64,000 nucleotides of DNA, from positions 2,144,001-2,208,000 of the forward strand of contig OZ241889.1 of assembly GCA_965203355.1 (NCBI GenBank), in the 5' to 3' direction. The DNA comes from Candidatus Latescibacterota bacterium. Its GTDB lineage: Bacteria > Latescibacterota > UBA2968 > UBA8231. A program made the translations under genes and the position numbers. The notes beneath the pieces were generated by a model. That model was given only the letters and a program-made list of their open reading frames with translations, searched no databases and had not been told where the DNA came from. Shown here piece after piece: positions 9,986 through 19,824 of the stretch; position 1 is the first letter of the stretch; the number at the start of each line of letters is the position of its first letter.

Positions 9986-10717
9986 GTGGCATTGGAAACG
10001 CACGTATTGAGCAAGCACTACGGGGGGCGCGCCGTCGTCGACAAAGTCAGCATCCGCGTCGAGCCGGGGGAGGTCGTCGGCCTGTTGGGCCCCAATGGCG
10101 CGGGCAAGACCACGACCTTTCACAGCATAGTCGGCTTTGCCGCGCCGGACCGGGGCCGCATTTTGCTCAACGATGCGGATATCACCGGGCTGCCAATGTA
10201 TCGCCGGGCGCAGATGGGCATTGGCTATCTGCCGCAGGAGACCTCCATTTTTCGCAAGTTGAGCGTGGCCGACAACATTCGCGCCGTATTGGAAGCGCGC
10301 GGGCTCGACAAAGCGCACATTGCCGCACGCCAACGGCAACTGCTAACCGAACTGGACTTGCTAGAACGCGCCAATCAGCGCGCCGACACGCTTTCGGGCG
10401 GCGAAACGCGCCGGGTTGAGATCGCGCGGGCCTTGGCCGGCGAGCCGCACTACATGCTCCTCGACGAGCCTTTTGCCGGTATTGATCCGCGCACGGTCGA
10501 AGACATCCAAAACATCATCGCCGCACTGAGAAACCGGGGTCTCGGCGTACTGATTACCGACCACAACGTGCGCGAGACCTTGGAGATCGCCGCGCGCGCC
10601 TATATCCTGGTGGATGGTAAAATTTTAACCGCGGGCACGGCCGAGGAGCTAATTGCCAACGAGCAGGTGCGGCGGATCTACCTCGGCGAGCGCTTTAGTT
10701 GGCGGGTCGATCGGTAG
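9986..10717 (+). CDS. lptB: LPS export ABC transporter ATP-binding protein
   Basis: GLLGPNGAGKTT, GYLPQETSIFRKLSV, LSGGETRRVEIARAL, LITDHNVRETL, YLGERF. Confidence 0.95.
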   Translation: MALETHVLSKHYGGRAVVDKVSIRVEPGEVVGLLGPNGAGKTTTFHSIVGFAAPDRGRILLNDADITGLPMYRRAQMGIGYLPQETSIFRKLSVADNIRAVLEARGLDKAHIAARQRQLLTELDLLERANQRADTLSGGETRRVEIARALAGEPHYMLLDEPFAGIDPRTVEDIQNIIAALRNRGLGVLITDHNVRETLEIAARAYILVDGKILTAGTAEELIANEQVRRIYLGERFSWRVDR

Positions 10718-10817
10718 GCGCGTTTGCACCTTGACTTTTCGCGCTGTACGGGCTTGTTTTTATAGCTGCAGTCAAGACAGGATTTTTCATTAAATGATTA
10801 ATTTACAATAATTTATA

Positions 10818-12272
10818 ATGATTCGTTCCGGGCAAAGTGCCAGCTTACGCCTCCAGCACAGGATGGCGCCGCACCTCATCAAGTCTCTGCGGCTTTTGCA
10901 GATGTCCACCTTGGATTTGGCGCTGGAGGTCCAGCAACAACTCGAAGAAAACCCCTTGCTTGAAGAGGTCGTTGAACTGGGCGAAGAGGAGGTGCGCGAG
11001 CGCGAGGAGGGGATCAAGGAAGAGGAGGAACTGCCCGCGGACTTGGAGGAGGTCGATTGGGACGCGCTGTTGGACGACCAGTTCGACGCGGGCGCGTACA
11101 ATAGCGAGCGCACGGAATACGATTCCAACTGGGAGGCCAACCGCGAGCCACAGGAAAACCGCATCACCGCCATGCCGCCCCTCTTAGAGCACCTGTACCG
11201 TCAGCTAGGTGAGATTGGCGATTTGGGACCGGAAGATCGCAAAATCGCCGAGTACATCATCGGCAGTATTGACGAGCGCGGTTACGTTGGCTGTTTGCTT
11301 GCCGAAATCGCCGATGATCTACAAGTGGAAGTGGCTGCGGTCGAAAGAGTACTGCGCGTCATTCAGTCTTTTGACCCGCCTGGAGTCGGCGCACGCGACT
11401 TGCGCGAGTGTCTGATGATCCAGTTGAGCCAGCGCGACGATTTGCTCAGTGCGCTGGCCTTTCAGGTGGTGCGCGACCATTTAGAGAATCTGACGCAGCG
11501 GCGGCGGCGGCCCATCACCCGCGCCTTGGCCATCTCCGACGAGAAGCTCAAAGAGGTTTTGCAGGTTATTGAGCACTTACAGCCGCATCCGGGCCTATTG
11601 GCCAGCAGTGCCTACGACAATCTTTTGACGCTGGACAGCGAAGTCGAGTACATCACGCCGGACTTGATCGTCGAAAAAATTAGCGAGGAGTGGCAGGTGT
11701 GGCTGGCCGATGGGTCCATGCCGTCCTTACAAGTCAATTCTGAATACCAGCATCTGCTCGACAATGCCCGTGGCGACGGGGTGGTCAAGGACTACGTGGC
11801 CAAGCATCTCAACGACGCCCGCTGGTTCATCCAGGCCATCCATCAGCGCCGCACGACCATACTCAAGGTGGGTAACTACTTGTTGCAGGCGCAGTTGCCC
11901 TTTTTCGAGCAAGGGCCATCGCGGTTGCGGCCCTTGGTCTTGCAGGACGTGGCTGACGCCGTGGGAATGCACGTATCGACGATTAGCCGCGTCAGCAACG
12001 GCAAGTACATCCAGACGCCGCACGGGGTTTTTGAACTGAAGTACTTCTTCGACAACAAGCTCAGCACGGACGAGGGCGAAGATGTGTCCGTGCGCTCGGT
12101 GAAGGAGAAAGTTGCCCAGCTCGTCGCCGAGGAGGACAAGGTCCGGCCGCTTTCGGACCAACAGATCGTCGAGGAGTTGAGCAAGAATGGCTTGAAAATT
12201 GCACGCCGCACGGTGGCCAAATATCGCGGTCAGCTAAAAATTCCGGCGCAGCGTTACCGGCGGGAGTTGTAG
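10818..12272 (+). CDS. rpoN: RNA polymerase sigma-54 factor
   Basis: LEENPLLE, GVGARDLRECL, HVSTISRV and the RpoN box ARRTVAKYR. Confidence 0.97.
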   Translation: MIRSGQSASLRLQHRMAPHLIKSLRLLQMSTLDLALEVQQQLEENPLLEEVVELGEEEVREREEGIKEEEELPADLEEVDWDALLDDQFDAGAYNSERTEYDSNWEANREPQENRITAMPPLLEHLYRQLGEIGDLGPEDRKIAEYIIGSIDERGYVGCLLAEIADDLQVEVAAVERVLRVIQSFDPPGVGARDLRECLMIQLSQRDDLLSALAFQVVRDHLENLTQRRRRPITRALAISDEKLKEVLQVIEHLQPHPGLLASSAYDNLLTLDSEVEYITPDLIVEKISEEWQVWLADGSMPSLQVNSEYQHLLDNARGDGVVKDYVAKHLNDARWFIQAIHQRRTTILKVGNYLLQAQLPFFEQGPSRLRPLVLQDVADAVGMHVSTISRVSNGKYIQTPHGVFELKYFFDNKLSTDEGEDVSVRSVKEKVAQLVAEEDKVRPLSDQQIVEELSKNGLKIARRTVAKYRGQLKIPAQRYRREL

Positions 12273-12339
12273 AGAGGCGGGCGGGCTGAGGTGGTTACAA
12301 CGCGCATCTTCTATTAATCCCCATCTCGTATTTTTCGAC

Positions 12340-13593
12340 TTAGCGCAATCGCCCCGCGCTGTCAAAAGCCATATCGGCCAGTGCGCCGATTTGCTCTAGG
12401 TCGGGGTGCGCGCCGAACTCTCGCAGCAAACTTGCGGATAGGTGGATGTGGCCGATGTCGAGGGTGTTTTTGATGCGGACGACGCGCGCCTGTTCGGGGT
12501 TGGGCAGGTTTTGCACCGAAAGCGCGGCTTCAATGGCCTCGCGGTCGGTTGCCATGACGACGGGGATGTACGCGCGATTGAGGAAAGTGGTGGTGAAGAC
12601 GTTGGCGTACGTGGCCGCGAAGTCGATGCGCTCGTACAGGCGGCGGGTGATGATGTCGGCGAGGCCGACGCCGTTGGCATTGCCGTGGGTTTCGTCGGTC
12701 AGATCGAGTACCGCGATGCGGGCCGCGCTTGGGGATTCTGGTTCTTTGACGCCGGGCAGGAGCATGCGGCCGACGACGTTGGTGTCCATGCCCGTGCCCG
12801 AGATATTCTTGCCGATTTGTTCGATGATCAGCAGGTCGATGCCTTGGACTAAGATGCGGGGCATGGCGCGCCGTGCTGCGGCCAAAAGCTGCGGCTCGCG
12901 GCTTGGGAACTGCCGAGGTTGTAGTGCTTCGACGCAGAGCGTCTCTTCATAGGCGTTTTCGACGATGGCTAAGCCCATGAGAATCGGCGCTTGCTCGAGG
13001 ATGCAGCGGCCCCAAGCCGGGATCAGGCGGGCGAGGCCCTCGGCGCCGCCGGCGTGGGCCATAGTCGCGCCTTTGTGGCTACCTAGGCCAATGGTCATCA
13101 TCTTCATCAGGCCGCTTTCAAAGGTCCCGCGGAAGGAGGTGTGCGGCTTGACGCGATTGATGAGCACCACGCCATCGGCTTCGGTGGCGAGCCGGTTGAG
13201 CAGCACCGGGGTGCCGTCGTCGAGTTGGGCGACCTCGACGACATCCATAGTGGCCTCAACCGGGCAGCCCACGCGCTCAGCGTCGAGACCGTAGCTAGCC
13301 AGCACCTGCTTTTGGCCCTCGGCAGTGGCGCCGCCGTGGCTGCCCATAGCGGGCAGCAGGAAGGGCGCGCCGCCAGCCTCTTTGATGCAGTCGATAACAG
13401 TGCGGGTGATGAGCTGGATGTTGGCGATGCCGCGGCTGCCGCCCGTAACGGCGATTCGCGCACCGGGGGCGATAGCGTCGGCCAGACCGGCTTGCGCTAG
13501 CTGGCCGCGGACCTCGCCCGCCACGTCGTCGAGCGAGTCGCTGGCAAAGTGCTGCTTGACCGGAGCCATTTGCGGTAGTTGCATGGCCGGCAT
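12340..13593 (-). CDS. LarA-like (lactate racemase N-terminal/DUF2088) protein
   Basis: AVTGGSRGIANI, PAMGSHGGATAEGQ, INRVKPHTSF, GKNISGTGMDTNVVGR. Confidence 0.75.
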   Translation of the reverse strand: MPAMQLPQMAPVKQHFASDSLDDVAGEVRGQLAQAGLADAIAPGARIAVTGGSRGIANIQLITRTVIDCIKEAGGAPFLLPAMGSHGGATAEGQKQVLASYGLDAERVGCPVEATMDVVEVAQLDDGTPVLLNRLATEADGVVLINRVKPHTSFRGTFESGLMKMMTIGLGSHKGATMAHAGGAEGLARLIPAWGRCILEQAPILMGLAIVENAYEETLCVEALQPRQFPSREPQLLAAARRAMPRILVQGIDLLIIEQIGKNISGTGMDTNVVGRMLLPGVKEPESPSAARIAVLDLTDETHGNANGVGLADIITRRLYERIDFAATYANVFTTTFLNRAYIPVVMATDREAIEAALSVQNLPNPEQARVVRIKNTLDIGHIHLSASLLREFGAHPDLEQIGALADMAFDSAGRLR

Positions 13594-13595
13594 CG

Positions 13596-14162
13596 CTAGC
13601 TCTCAACTAGGGCGGTGCGCAGGCGCTGGGCGCGCTCGAGGATCGGCCGGGCCGGTTTGGGCACCGGCTCGGTAGCCGGGGCGATTTTCCAGATAAAGAC
13701 GACCGGGCCTTCTTCGGCAAAATGCTGGTCGAGCTTGGCGTCGAAGTCCTCGTCGGTGTCGATGGTATAGACGCGCTGAAGGCCGGCCCCACGGCAAATT
13801 TGCTCGTAGTTGATAAAGGCAGCACCGGGCACCGGCTGACTGCCGGTTACTTCGTACGTGCCGTTTTCAGTGATGACGAGGGTCAGATTAGGAGCCGGGC
13901 GCTGGGCCAAGGTGACGAGGACGCCCAGCGACATGAGGGTGCTGCCGTCGCCGTTGATGCACAAGACCCGGCGCTCGGGCTGGGCAATGGCCAAGCCCAA
14001 CGCAAAGTCGGCGGCGTGGCCCATGGCGCTTTCGACGTGGGCAAAGTCCAGCGGGCCGTCGGAGTGCGCGGCCCAAGGCATGGCCACGCTCATGGTGGTG
14101 ACCACGACTTCGTCCGTGCGCTGGGCGGCTAGTTTTGCGAGACAGGTGTATTTGTCGAGCAT
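13596..14162 (-). CDS. Thiamine-diphosphate enzyme, TPP-binding subunit (ComE/phosphonopyruvate decarboxylase beta-like)
   Basis: TPP motif NGDGSTLMSLG...ENGTYEVTGSQ; ATG at 14162. Confidence 0.8.
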   Translation of the reverse strand: MLDKYTCLAKLAAQRTDEVVVTTMSVAMPWAAHSDGPLDFAHVESAMGHAADFALGLAIAQPERRVLCINGDGSTLMSLGVLVTLAQRPAPNLTLVITENGTYEVTGSQPVPGAAFINYEQICRGAGLQRVYTIDTDEDFDAKLDQHFAEEGPVVFIWKIAPATEPVPKPARPILERAQRLRTALVES

Positions 14163-14163
14163 C

Positions 14164-14658
14164 TTATGCGGTCTCCGCGACCAGTAGCACAGCCGTTGGC
14201 TGCGAAGTCTCTTGGGCCTTGGCGAACGCGGCGTCGATTTGGCCGCAGTCGCCATCGGTGTGCATGGCACTGTAGGGGATGTTCCAAGCCTTGAGCGTTG
14301 GCTCGAAGAAGGTGGCGGCCGTATCGACCCGGGGGGCATCTGGGGCCAAGGTCGCGTAGCCTCGGTAGCCGACGAGCATGACGAGCGGAATGCCCATGTT
14401 GTAGGCCGTGCCGCGAAAGGCGTCGCCGGCCTCCAAAAAGCCGGTGTTCTGGATAAGCACCAGCGGATGGGCACCACCCAAATACAGGCCGGAGGCCAAG
14501 CCATACGCCTCGCCTTCGCGGCTGGTGAGGATCACTTCGATGGTGTCGTGTTCCCACAGGCGCTCGTACAGGACGCACGAGCCGTTGTCTGGGACTCCTA
14601 ATACATGCGTAATGCCGTGCCGTTCGAGGGCAGCGATGATCTGGGCGGCGCTGATCAC
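14164..14658 (-). CDS. Thiamine-diphosphate enzyme, PYR-domain subunit (ComD-like)
   Basis: GITHVLGVPDN, REGEAYGLASGLYLGG, IQNTGF, MLVGYRG; adjacent to the beta subunit. Confidence 0.8.
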   Translation of the reverse strand: MISAAQIIAALERHGITHVLGVPDNGSCVLYERLWEHDTIEVILTSREGEAYGLASGLYLGGAHPLVLIQNTGFLEAGDAFRGTAYNMGIPLVMLVGYRGYATLAPDAPRVDTAATFFEPTLKAWNIPYSAMHTDGDCGQIDAAFAKAQETSQPTAVLLVAETA

Positions 14659-14662
14659 GGGA

Positions 14663-15859
14663 CTACTCGGCGAAGATCGCACGGGTGGCGATGCCGCTCT
14701 GATGGCCTTGCTGCTGGATGCCGCCGATGAACTGGGCGGTGCGACCCGCAGGTGCGGTGCCGGCGTAGTACGCGCTGAAGGACTCGTTGAAGGCGACCAA
14801 GCCAGCGCGATTTTGCGCGGAGTCGGCCCCGGCGACGATGTAGGCGTTGTTGAAGACGCCGTCCGCTTTGAGGCCCGCGCCGCCGGCTTCCTTGATCCGG
14901 GCGTCGAGTGCGCCGAGCTGTTGGCCGGCGTCGTTGCCGCCGACGGCTGAGACGTGGACTTCGCGCACGCCGTGGTGGCGCAGGGCCGCCCAGGTCGAGA
15001 AGCCGTCCTCGATCTGCCCCGAGCGGACGATCTCGACTTCGCCGGAGACCACGCGCGGCTGCGGCTCGATGATGCCGTCGAGATTAGGGATGCGCGACAC
15101 CGGGTAGATCAGGCCAGCGGGCCGGTCGTCGCCGTAGTAATCCGCAAAGACTTGGCGGGTGGTCTCGATGCGCTCCCAAGTTTTGGCTGGCGCGTCGTCC
15201 ACGGCCACGAGGATTTCCATGAATACGGTCTGCTTTTTGAAGTCAACGCCTTGCTCGGCAAAGGGCTTGGCGTATTGCTCGTCGAGTATAAAGCGCATTT
15301 CCTCGGCCAAGTCGGAGCCGAGTGTGGTGATCATTTTGCCATTGCGCTGGTGCATGACGGACGCGCCCGAGGGCTGGTGGTCGACCCAAGTACCGTAGTC
15401 GATTTTGCCGCTGCTGATGGCGACGGTCTCGCCGACACAGGCTTTGATCTGAGTTTCGAAGAGGGCCGCTGGATCCGGGAAACCTTCCGGGTGGGTGAAG
15501 CGGGCCATGCGGTTGGAGCGCAAGGGGCCGCCGGTGATCGCGGCGATCATAGGTCCGTAGCAGGCGTTGAAGTCGTTTTTGCGCTGGTCGCACTCGTCGC
15601 GGTCGGCAGAGGGGGTGGTCCACAGGACGTCGGTTTTGTACACATCCGACCAATGGACGCCGCAAATTTCGAGGCCCTTGTTGAGATTTTCGATGGTGCC
15701 GAACCACTCCGAGCCGACATCGTTGGCATATTGGGTGCCGACGTTGCCCGAAGGCTCGACGAGGCGCACGACGTGGCCGTTGTCGTCGGTGATAATTACT
15801 TCAGTGGGGTTGGAAAAGATGGCGATGGGGTTGTGGCGCACGATATTGACTTGGGCCAT
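14663..15859 (-). CDS. Hypothetical protein with tandem RidA/YjgF-like domains
   Basis: SGNVG...IENLNKGLEICGVHWSDVYKTDV...FNACY...FETQIKA resembles the RidA fold; similar patterns recur later (FADYYGDDRPAG, FSAYYAGTAPAGRT). Confidence 0.5.
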   Translation of the reverse strand: MAQVNIVRHNPIAIFSNPTEVIITDDNGHVVRLVEPSGNVGTQYANDVGSEWFGTIENLNKGLEICGVHWSDVYKTDVLWTTPSADRDECDQRKNDFNACYGPMIAAITGGPLRSNRMARFTHPEGFPDPAALFETQIKACVGETVAISSGKIDYGTWVDHQPSGASVMHQRNGKMITTLGSDLAEEMRFILDEQYAKPFAEQGVDFKKQTVFMEILVAVDDAPAKTWERIETTRQVFADYYGDDRPAGLIYPVSRIPNLDGIIEPQPRVVSGEVEIVRSGQIEDGFSTWAALRHHGVREVHVSAVGGNDAGQQLGALDARIKEAGGAGLKADGVFNNAYIVAGADSAQNRAGLVAFNESFSAYYAGTAPAGRTAQFIGGIQQQGHQSGIATRAIFAE

Positions 15860-15947
15860 GAGCTCCTCGATTGATTTTGTGAAAGGTTGCCGCGAATTAT
15901 ATTGCAAAAAATAGGCGGTCTGCCGACGATAGACAAGGGAGGGGTGG

Positions 15948-16628
15948 ATGTCCACCTGCGCCGTGCTCTTTGCCAAAAAACCAACGCCTGGAGCGGTCAA
16001 GACCCGGCTCCAGAGCCATTTGAGTGCCCGCGATGCCGCGCGTCTGTACGAGGCCCTACTGCTCGATTGCGCCACGGCACTACGCGCCACACAGGCCGCT
16101 GCCCGGGTCGTGGCCTTTACTCCGGCCCATGCCGAAGACGCCCTCCGCAGTCTGCTGGCCCCGATTGGCGTCTTCGAGTACGTCCCGCAGCCCGAAGGCG
16201 ATCTAGGGCAGCGGATGGAGGGCCTGATGCAGTGGGCCTTTGCGCGCGAGGCCGAGCGGGTGGTCCTCGTCGGCTCGGATAGCCCTTCGCTGCCCGCTAG
16301 CTACATCGACGAAGGGCTGGCCTTGTTGGGCGCGAAAGAAGTGGTCTTAGGCCCCAGTACGGACGGAGGCTACTACTTGGTGGGTCGGCGAAAAGGGAAA
16401 AGCCGGATATTCCAAGACGTGGCTTGGAGCACTGAGATGGTACTAGAGCAAACCTTAGCGCGCTTGGGAACGCAGACCCTCGGCCTGCTGCCGCCTTGGT
16501 ACGATGTGGATACGCCGACTGAAGCTGGGTTCTTAAAAGTGCATCTCGAAGCCTTGGCTCGGGCGGGCAGTACTCAAGGGCAGCACAGCTTGGCCGTGCT
16601 GCGCGACCTGGCCCTACCGCGGCCTTAG
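15948..16628 (+). CDS. DUF2064/TIGR04282-like glycosyltransferase
   Basis: FAKKPTPGAVKTRL, QPEGDLGQRM, VGSDSP, LGPSTDGGYYLVG, WYDVDT. Confidence 0.85.
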   Translation: MSTCAVLFAKKPTPGAVKTRLQSHLSARDAARLYEALLLDCATALRATQAAARVVAFTPAHAEDALRSLLAPIGVFEYVPQPEGDLGQRMEGLMQWAFAREAERVVLVGSDSPSLPASYIDEGLALLGAKEVVLGPSTDGGYYLVGRRKGKSRIFQDVAWSTEMVLEQTLARLGTQTLGLLPPWYDVDTPTEAGFLKVHLEALARAGSTQGQHSLAVLRDLALPRP

Positions 16629-17254
16629 CGATCGGTTTTCTTGCGGAACAGGGCTTCCCAGTAGTCGATTTCGCTGGGGTTGAGTGGTGGGTGAGGTTCG
16701 GTGCCATCGCGGGCGGGCGCCGGCGTACTCGGAGCCTCGTCGGCTTTCTCGCGGAACAAGGCTTCCCAGTGATCGAGGTCGTCTGGGTCGAAAGGTGGGT
16801 GAGGTTCAGTGCCGTCGCGGGCGGGTGCTGGCGATGGCTCGGGTGGGGCTTGGACCGGTCCGGTGAGTTCGTCGAGAAAATCCTCAGAACAGGTCGAGCG
16901 GATCTTATGGCGCGTTGCGCTGCGCTGGACGGCGCGGTCCGAACTGATGACCCGCAGCCATTTGGCGCCGTGTTTTTTTTTGACTGCTTGCGCGATCAGA
17001 TCGTCGGCCTGCTGAGGGTAGCGCGAGAATTCTATGGTGACGCGTGGGCCACTTGCGCTGACTGCGCTCGGCTCGGCGCTGTTGCCGTCGTAGTACAGCG
17101 TAACGTGCTTGCCGGTGCGACCGGCATAGGTGGCGAGTGCCTTTTGCAAGCGGTTGCGCGCCTGTTCCAGTGAGTCGCCTCGGCCTTGGAAAAGCGGACT
17201 CACTTTGATGAGGTTGTAGCCGTCTATGAGCAAGTGCTCGCTCTTGGTAGTCAC
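16625..17254 (-). CDS. NYN/YacP-like PIN-fold RNase with duplicated C-terminal motif
   Basis: LLIDGYNLI, YYDG, ADDLI, VISSDRAV. Confidence 0.8.
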   Translation of the reverse strand: MTTKSEHLLIDGYNLIKVSPLFQGRGDSLEQARNRLQKALATYAGRTGKHVTLYYDGNSAEPSAVSASGPRVTIEFSRYPQQADDLIAQAVKKKHGAKWLRVISSDRAVQRSATRHKIRSTCSEDFLDELTGPVQAPPEPSPAPARDGTEPHPPFDPDDLDHWEALFREKADEAPSTPAPARDGTEPHPPLNPSEIDYWEALFRKKTDR

Positions 17255-19092
17255 GCGAGATGGATGCCTTGGGCGTTGAACTGATAGGCGACCACGCGGC
17301 TTTTGGCAAAGGCCGCGCGTTGGCGCAACTTGTCGAGCCTAGCGCACAACGCGGCTGTTCGCCCTTCAGCGGCGATGAGCAGGGCAAATCCGCCGCCGCC
17401 AGCTCCCGTGAGAAGCCCGCCCTCGGTTAGGTCGGTGATCTGGGGATTTTCGAAAAGGTGTTGCAAAGCGTCGTTGGTGGCTTGGGGGTCGAGGATGCAG
17501 CGCAACTGCCAGTAGCGGTCGGCCAGCCGACCGAGGTCGGCGTATGCGCCCGCCCGCAGTGCCGCCACCATTTCATCGTGAATGGCCAGCGATTCGCCGA
17601 TGGCGGCATAGCGCAGGTGGTCGCGCGACAGATAAGCATCGAGGACGGCGTTGAGGCCGCGGGTGGCCGAGCGCGCGATCCCGGTGTCGAAGAGCACGAC
17701 TCGCTCGGTGAACAAGTGCTCATCTATCTCGGTGAGGAATGTGCGCTCGGGCGCGGGCAGACCCTGGGTCGGAGGTGCGTAGAAGTTCTTGATGGCCGAG
17801 GGGCCGCCGCTGGCACCACGCGCATCTTGCCAACCGCTGTTGAGGCCGAGGCTTTGTTCGAGCATGAGGCTCTCGTCGTAGAGGCCGGGGTACTCGTGTG
17901 CGGGCGCGGCGTAGGGGTGGCCGGAGAGGTGGTAGAGTATTTTGAGAATGGCGGCGGACAAGATGCCGCTGGTCCCCAAGCCGGACCCTTGGAGCACTTT
18001 GCTACTGGTGGTGATTTCCAGGCCGCCGCCGCCGGTAAAGGCGGCGATGTCTTGGATGACGTCTGTGGAGTTTGGCCGGACGATGCCCGCGTGGACTAGC
18101 CCTTGCTTGACCAACCGCAGGGCTTCGTCGCCACTGCGGCGATAGGCAAAAAACAGCTCGCTGACGGTTGCAGCCGAGCTGTGTTTGTTCACCTCAAAGT
18201 CGGCCTTGAAGCCCCGCGAGCGCGAGCGGAGGATGAGTTGGGGTTCGGGTAGCCTTCTCGCGGTGACTTTGAGCGGCGGTTGGGCGTGCTTTTCTCGGTC
18301 CTGTTGCAGATCGACGGCGATGTTGAGGGTTTTGCCGCCCTGTTCCTTGCTGCGCAAGTGATTGTCCGAGGCATTGGCGCTGGAGAGGCCCAAGCGCAGG
18401 GGCGACTGAATACAAAAGGCCTGCTCGTAAGCCGCTTCGCTCATGCGCGGCGCAGCCATGCGACCCTGGTCGAGGGCGGCCAAGCTGTGCCGCAAGTCAA
18501 GGCTCTGTAGCTGGTTGATCCGCGTCTCGTAGGCGGCGGCCAGCTCGTCAATTTTCTTGGCTTCTTTGAGCTGGACGATGGCTTGGCCGTCGATGCAGCA
18601 GGGTGGCAGTACGCGTCGCCAGCCCCGCGATTCCTCGGCAAGCGTCCGGTAGATGTCGGCCATGATGCGGGCGACGCGCATCCCGCGCAGATAGCGGTCT
18701 GAGCCAGCGCATTCTTCTAGATAGGCATTGAGGTGTTTGAGCACCTGCAAGAGCACCTTGGAGGATTTGGGGGGCAAAAGCCGCAGCAGTTGGCGGTGGT
18801 CGAGATCGACCAAGCCGTCGACTAGATCGACGGTTAGCTGCGGCAACTCTTGGGCAACCGCCGCGCCGAAGCGTGCTTCCCACTCGCCGGGCGCGGTTGA
18901 CGCGAGGAGCGCGTCGATAGCCGCCGGAGTTTCCGAGCGGGACAGCAGGGCCTGATTGAAGAGCAGGTCGCGGAGGAAGCGGCGTTTTTGCTCGGATTTG
19001 CCGGTCCGCGCTGCGCCGAGGATGTGATCGACGAGCGATTGGACTTCGCGTAAATCAGCGGCTTGTTCGAGCCGTTCGAGGAATGCTTTCAT
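17251..19092 (-). CDS. GHMP-family sugar kinase with long N-terminal extension
   Basis: QGSGLGTSGILSAA, SGWQD and LTGAGGGGF motifs in the C-terminal half. Confidence 0.75.
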   Translation of the reverse strand: MKAFLERLEQAADLREVQSLVDHILGAARTGKSEQKRRFLRDLLFNQALLSRSETPAAIDALLASTAPGEWEARFGAAVAQELPQLTVDLVDGLVDLDHRQLLRLLPPKSSKVLLQVLKHLNAYLEECAGSDRYLRGMRVARIMADIYRTLAEESRGWRRVLPPCCIDGQAIVQLKEAKKIDELAAAYETRINQLQSLDLRHSLAALDQGRMAAPRMSEAAYEQAFCIQSPLRLGLSSANASDNHLRSKEQGGKTLNIAVDLQQDREKHAQPPLKVTARRLPEPQLILRSRSRGFKADFEVNKHSSAATVSELFFAYRRSGDEALRLVKQGLVHAGIVRPNSTDVIQDIAAFTGGGGLEITTSSKVLQGSGLGTSGILSAAILKILYHLSGHPYAAPAHEYPGLYDESLMLEQSLGLNSGWQDARGASGGPSAIKNFYAPPTQGLPAPERTFLTEIDEHLFTERVVLFDTGIARSATRGLNAVLDAYLSRDHLRYAAIGESLAIHDEMVAALRAGAYADLGRLADRYWQLRCILDPQATNDALQHLFENPQITDLTEGGLLTGAGGGGFALLIAAEGRTAALCARLDKLRQRAAFAKSRVVAYQFNAQGIHLA

Positions 19093-19151
19093 GCGCGTCA
19101 GTGGGGGCGAGAGTACGCTAGAAATTATAGGCAAAAAACGCCCATCGCGCA

Positions 19152-19772
19152 TCAGGGCGGGACGGCATCGCGCATTAGTTCGCCGGCTTCCACGGCGAAA
19201 TCGAGGTGGTTTTGTCGCGGGGGCAGCGGGCAAATATAGGCGGGATTGTACGCACAGTATGGGTTGTACGCATTATTGAAATCAATGACGTACATGCCAT
19301 CGTCCTCCCGCCCTAGGCGTGCGTAACGCCCACCCCCATACGTGGTGTGGCCGTTGGTCAAATCCTTGAAGAAGATTTCCGTTTCGCCGGTTTGCGGGCT
19401 GCGGTACACCTCCAGCCAAAAGTTTTTTTCGCCAAAGGCCGCAACAAAGCGCCCAAATCGCTCCAACTCGGTGGTGGTGCCATCGGTATTGGGGATTTCG
19501 ACGATGCGCTGGCGGCCGTAGACATGCAACTCGCCCCGCAGGCGATAGCGGAGGTCAATGGGATAGTACGCAAGCTGCTCAAAGTGGGCGCGCTGGGCTG
19601 GCAGCAGCGGCGAATCCTCGCTTTTGAGCAGGCTATCCTTGGCGGCGCGGAGTGCCTCGATCTGGGCGCGGATGGCGTCGTCGGCTGCGGCCGATCCAAA
19701 GGCTAGGCATAGATAGCAGGCGATGGCGCAAGCGCTTATCTGGCTGGTTCCTTTGACAAGGGGATTTTTCAT
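19152..19772 (-). CDS. DUF1684-family exported protein
   Basis: FKDLTNGHTTYGGGRY, IDFNNAYNPYCAYNPAYICPLPP, VEAGE; signal peptide. Confidence 0.9.
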   Translation of the reverse strand: MKNPLVKGTSQISACAIACYLCLAFGSAAADDAIRAQIEALRAAKDSLLKSEDSPLLPAQRAHFEQLAYYPIDLRYRLRGELHVYGRQRIVEIPNTDGTTTELERFGRFVAAFGEKNFWLEVYRSPQTGETEIFFKDLTNGHTTYGGGRYARLGREDDGMYVIDFNNAYNPYCAYNPAYICPLPPRQNHLDFAVEAGELMRDAVPP

Positions 19773-19824
19773 TTTTTGCCTGTATGCTCGGTTGACGACG
19801 CGGCTGTTTTCTGGCCGGGGCGAT

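Noticed and set aside
14163-14504. Fused 302-aa TPP enzyme ORF
   Set aside because: The extension overlaps the alpha-subunit gene in another frame; two separate genes fit better.
15948-16628. Arsenosugar biosynthesis cluster
   Set aside because: Only the widespread glycosyltransferase is present; no arsM or radical-SAM partner nearby.
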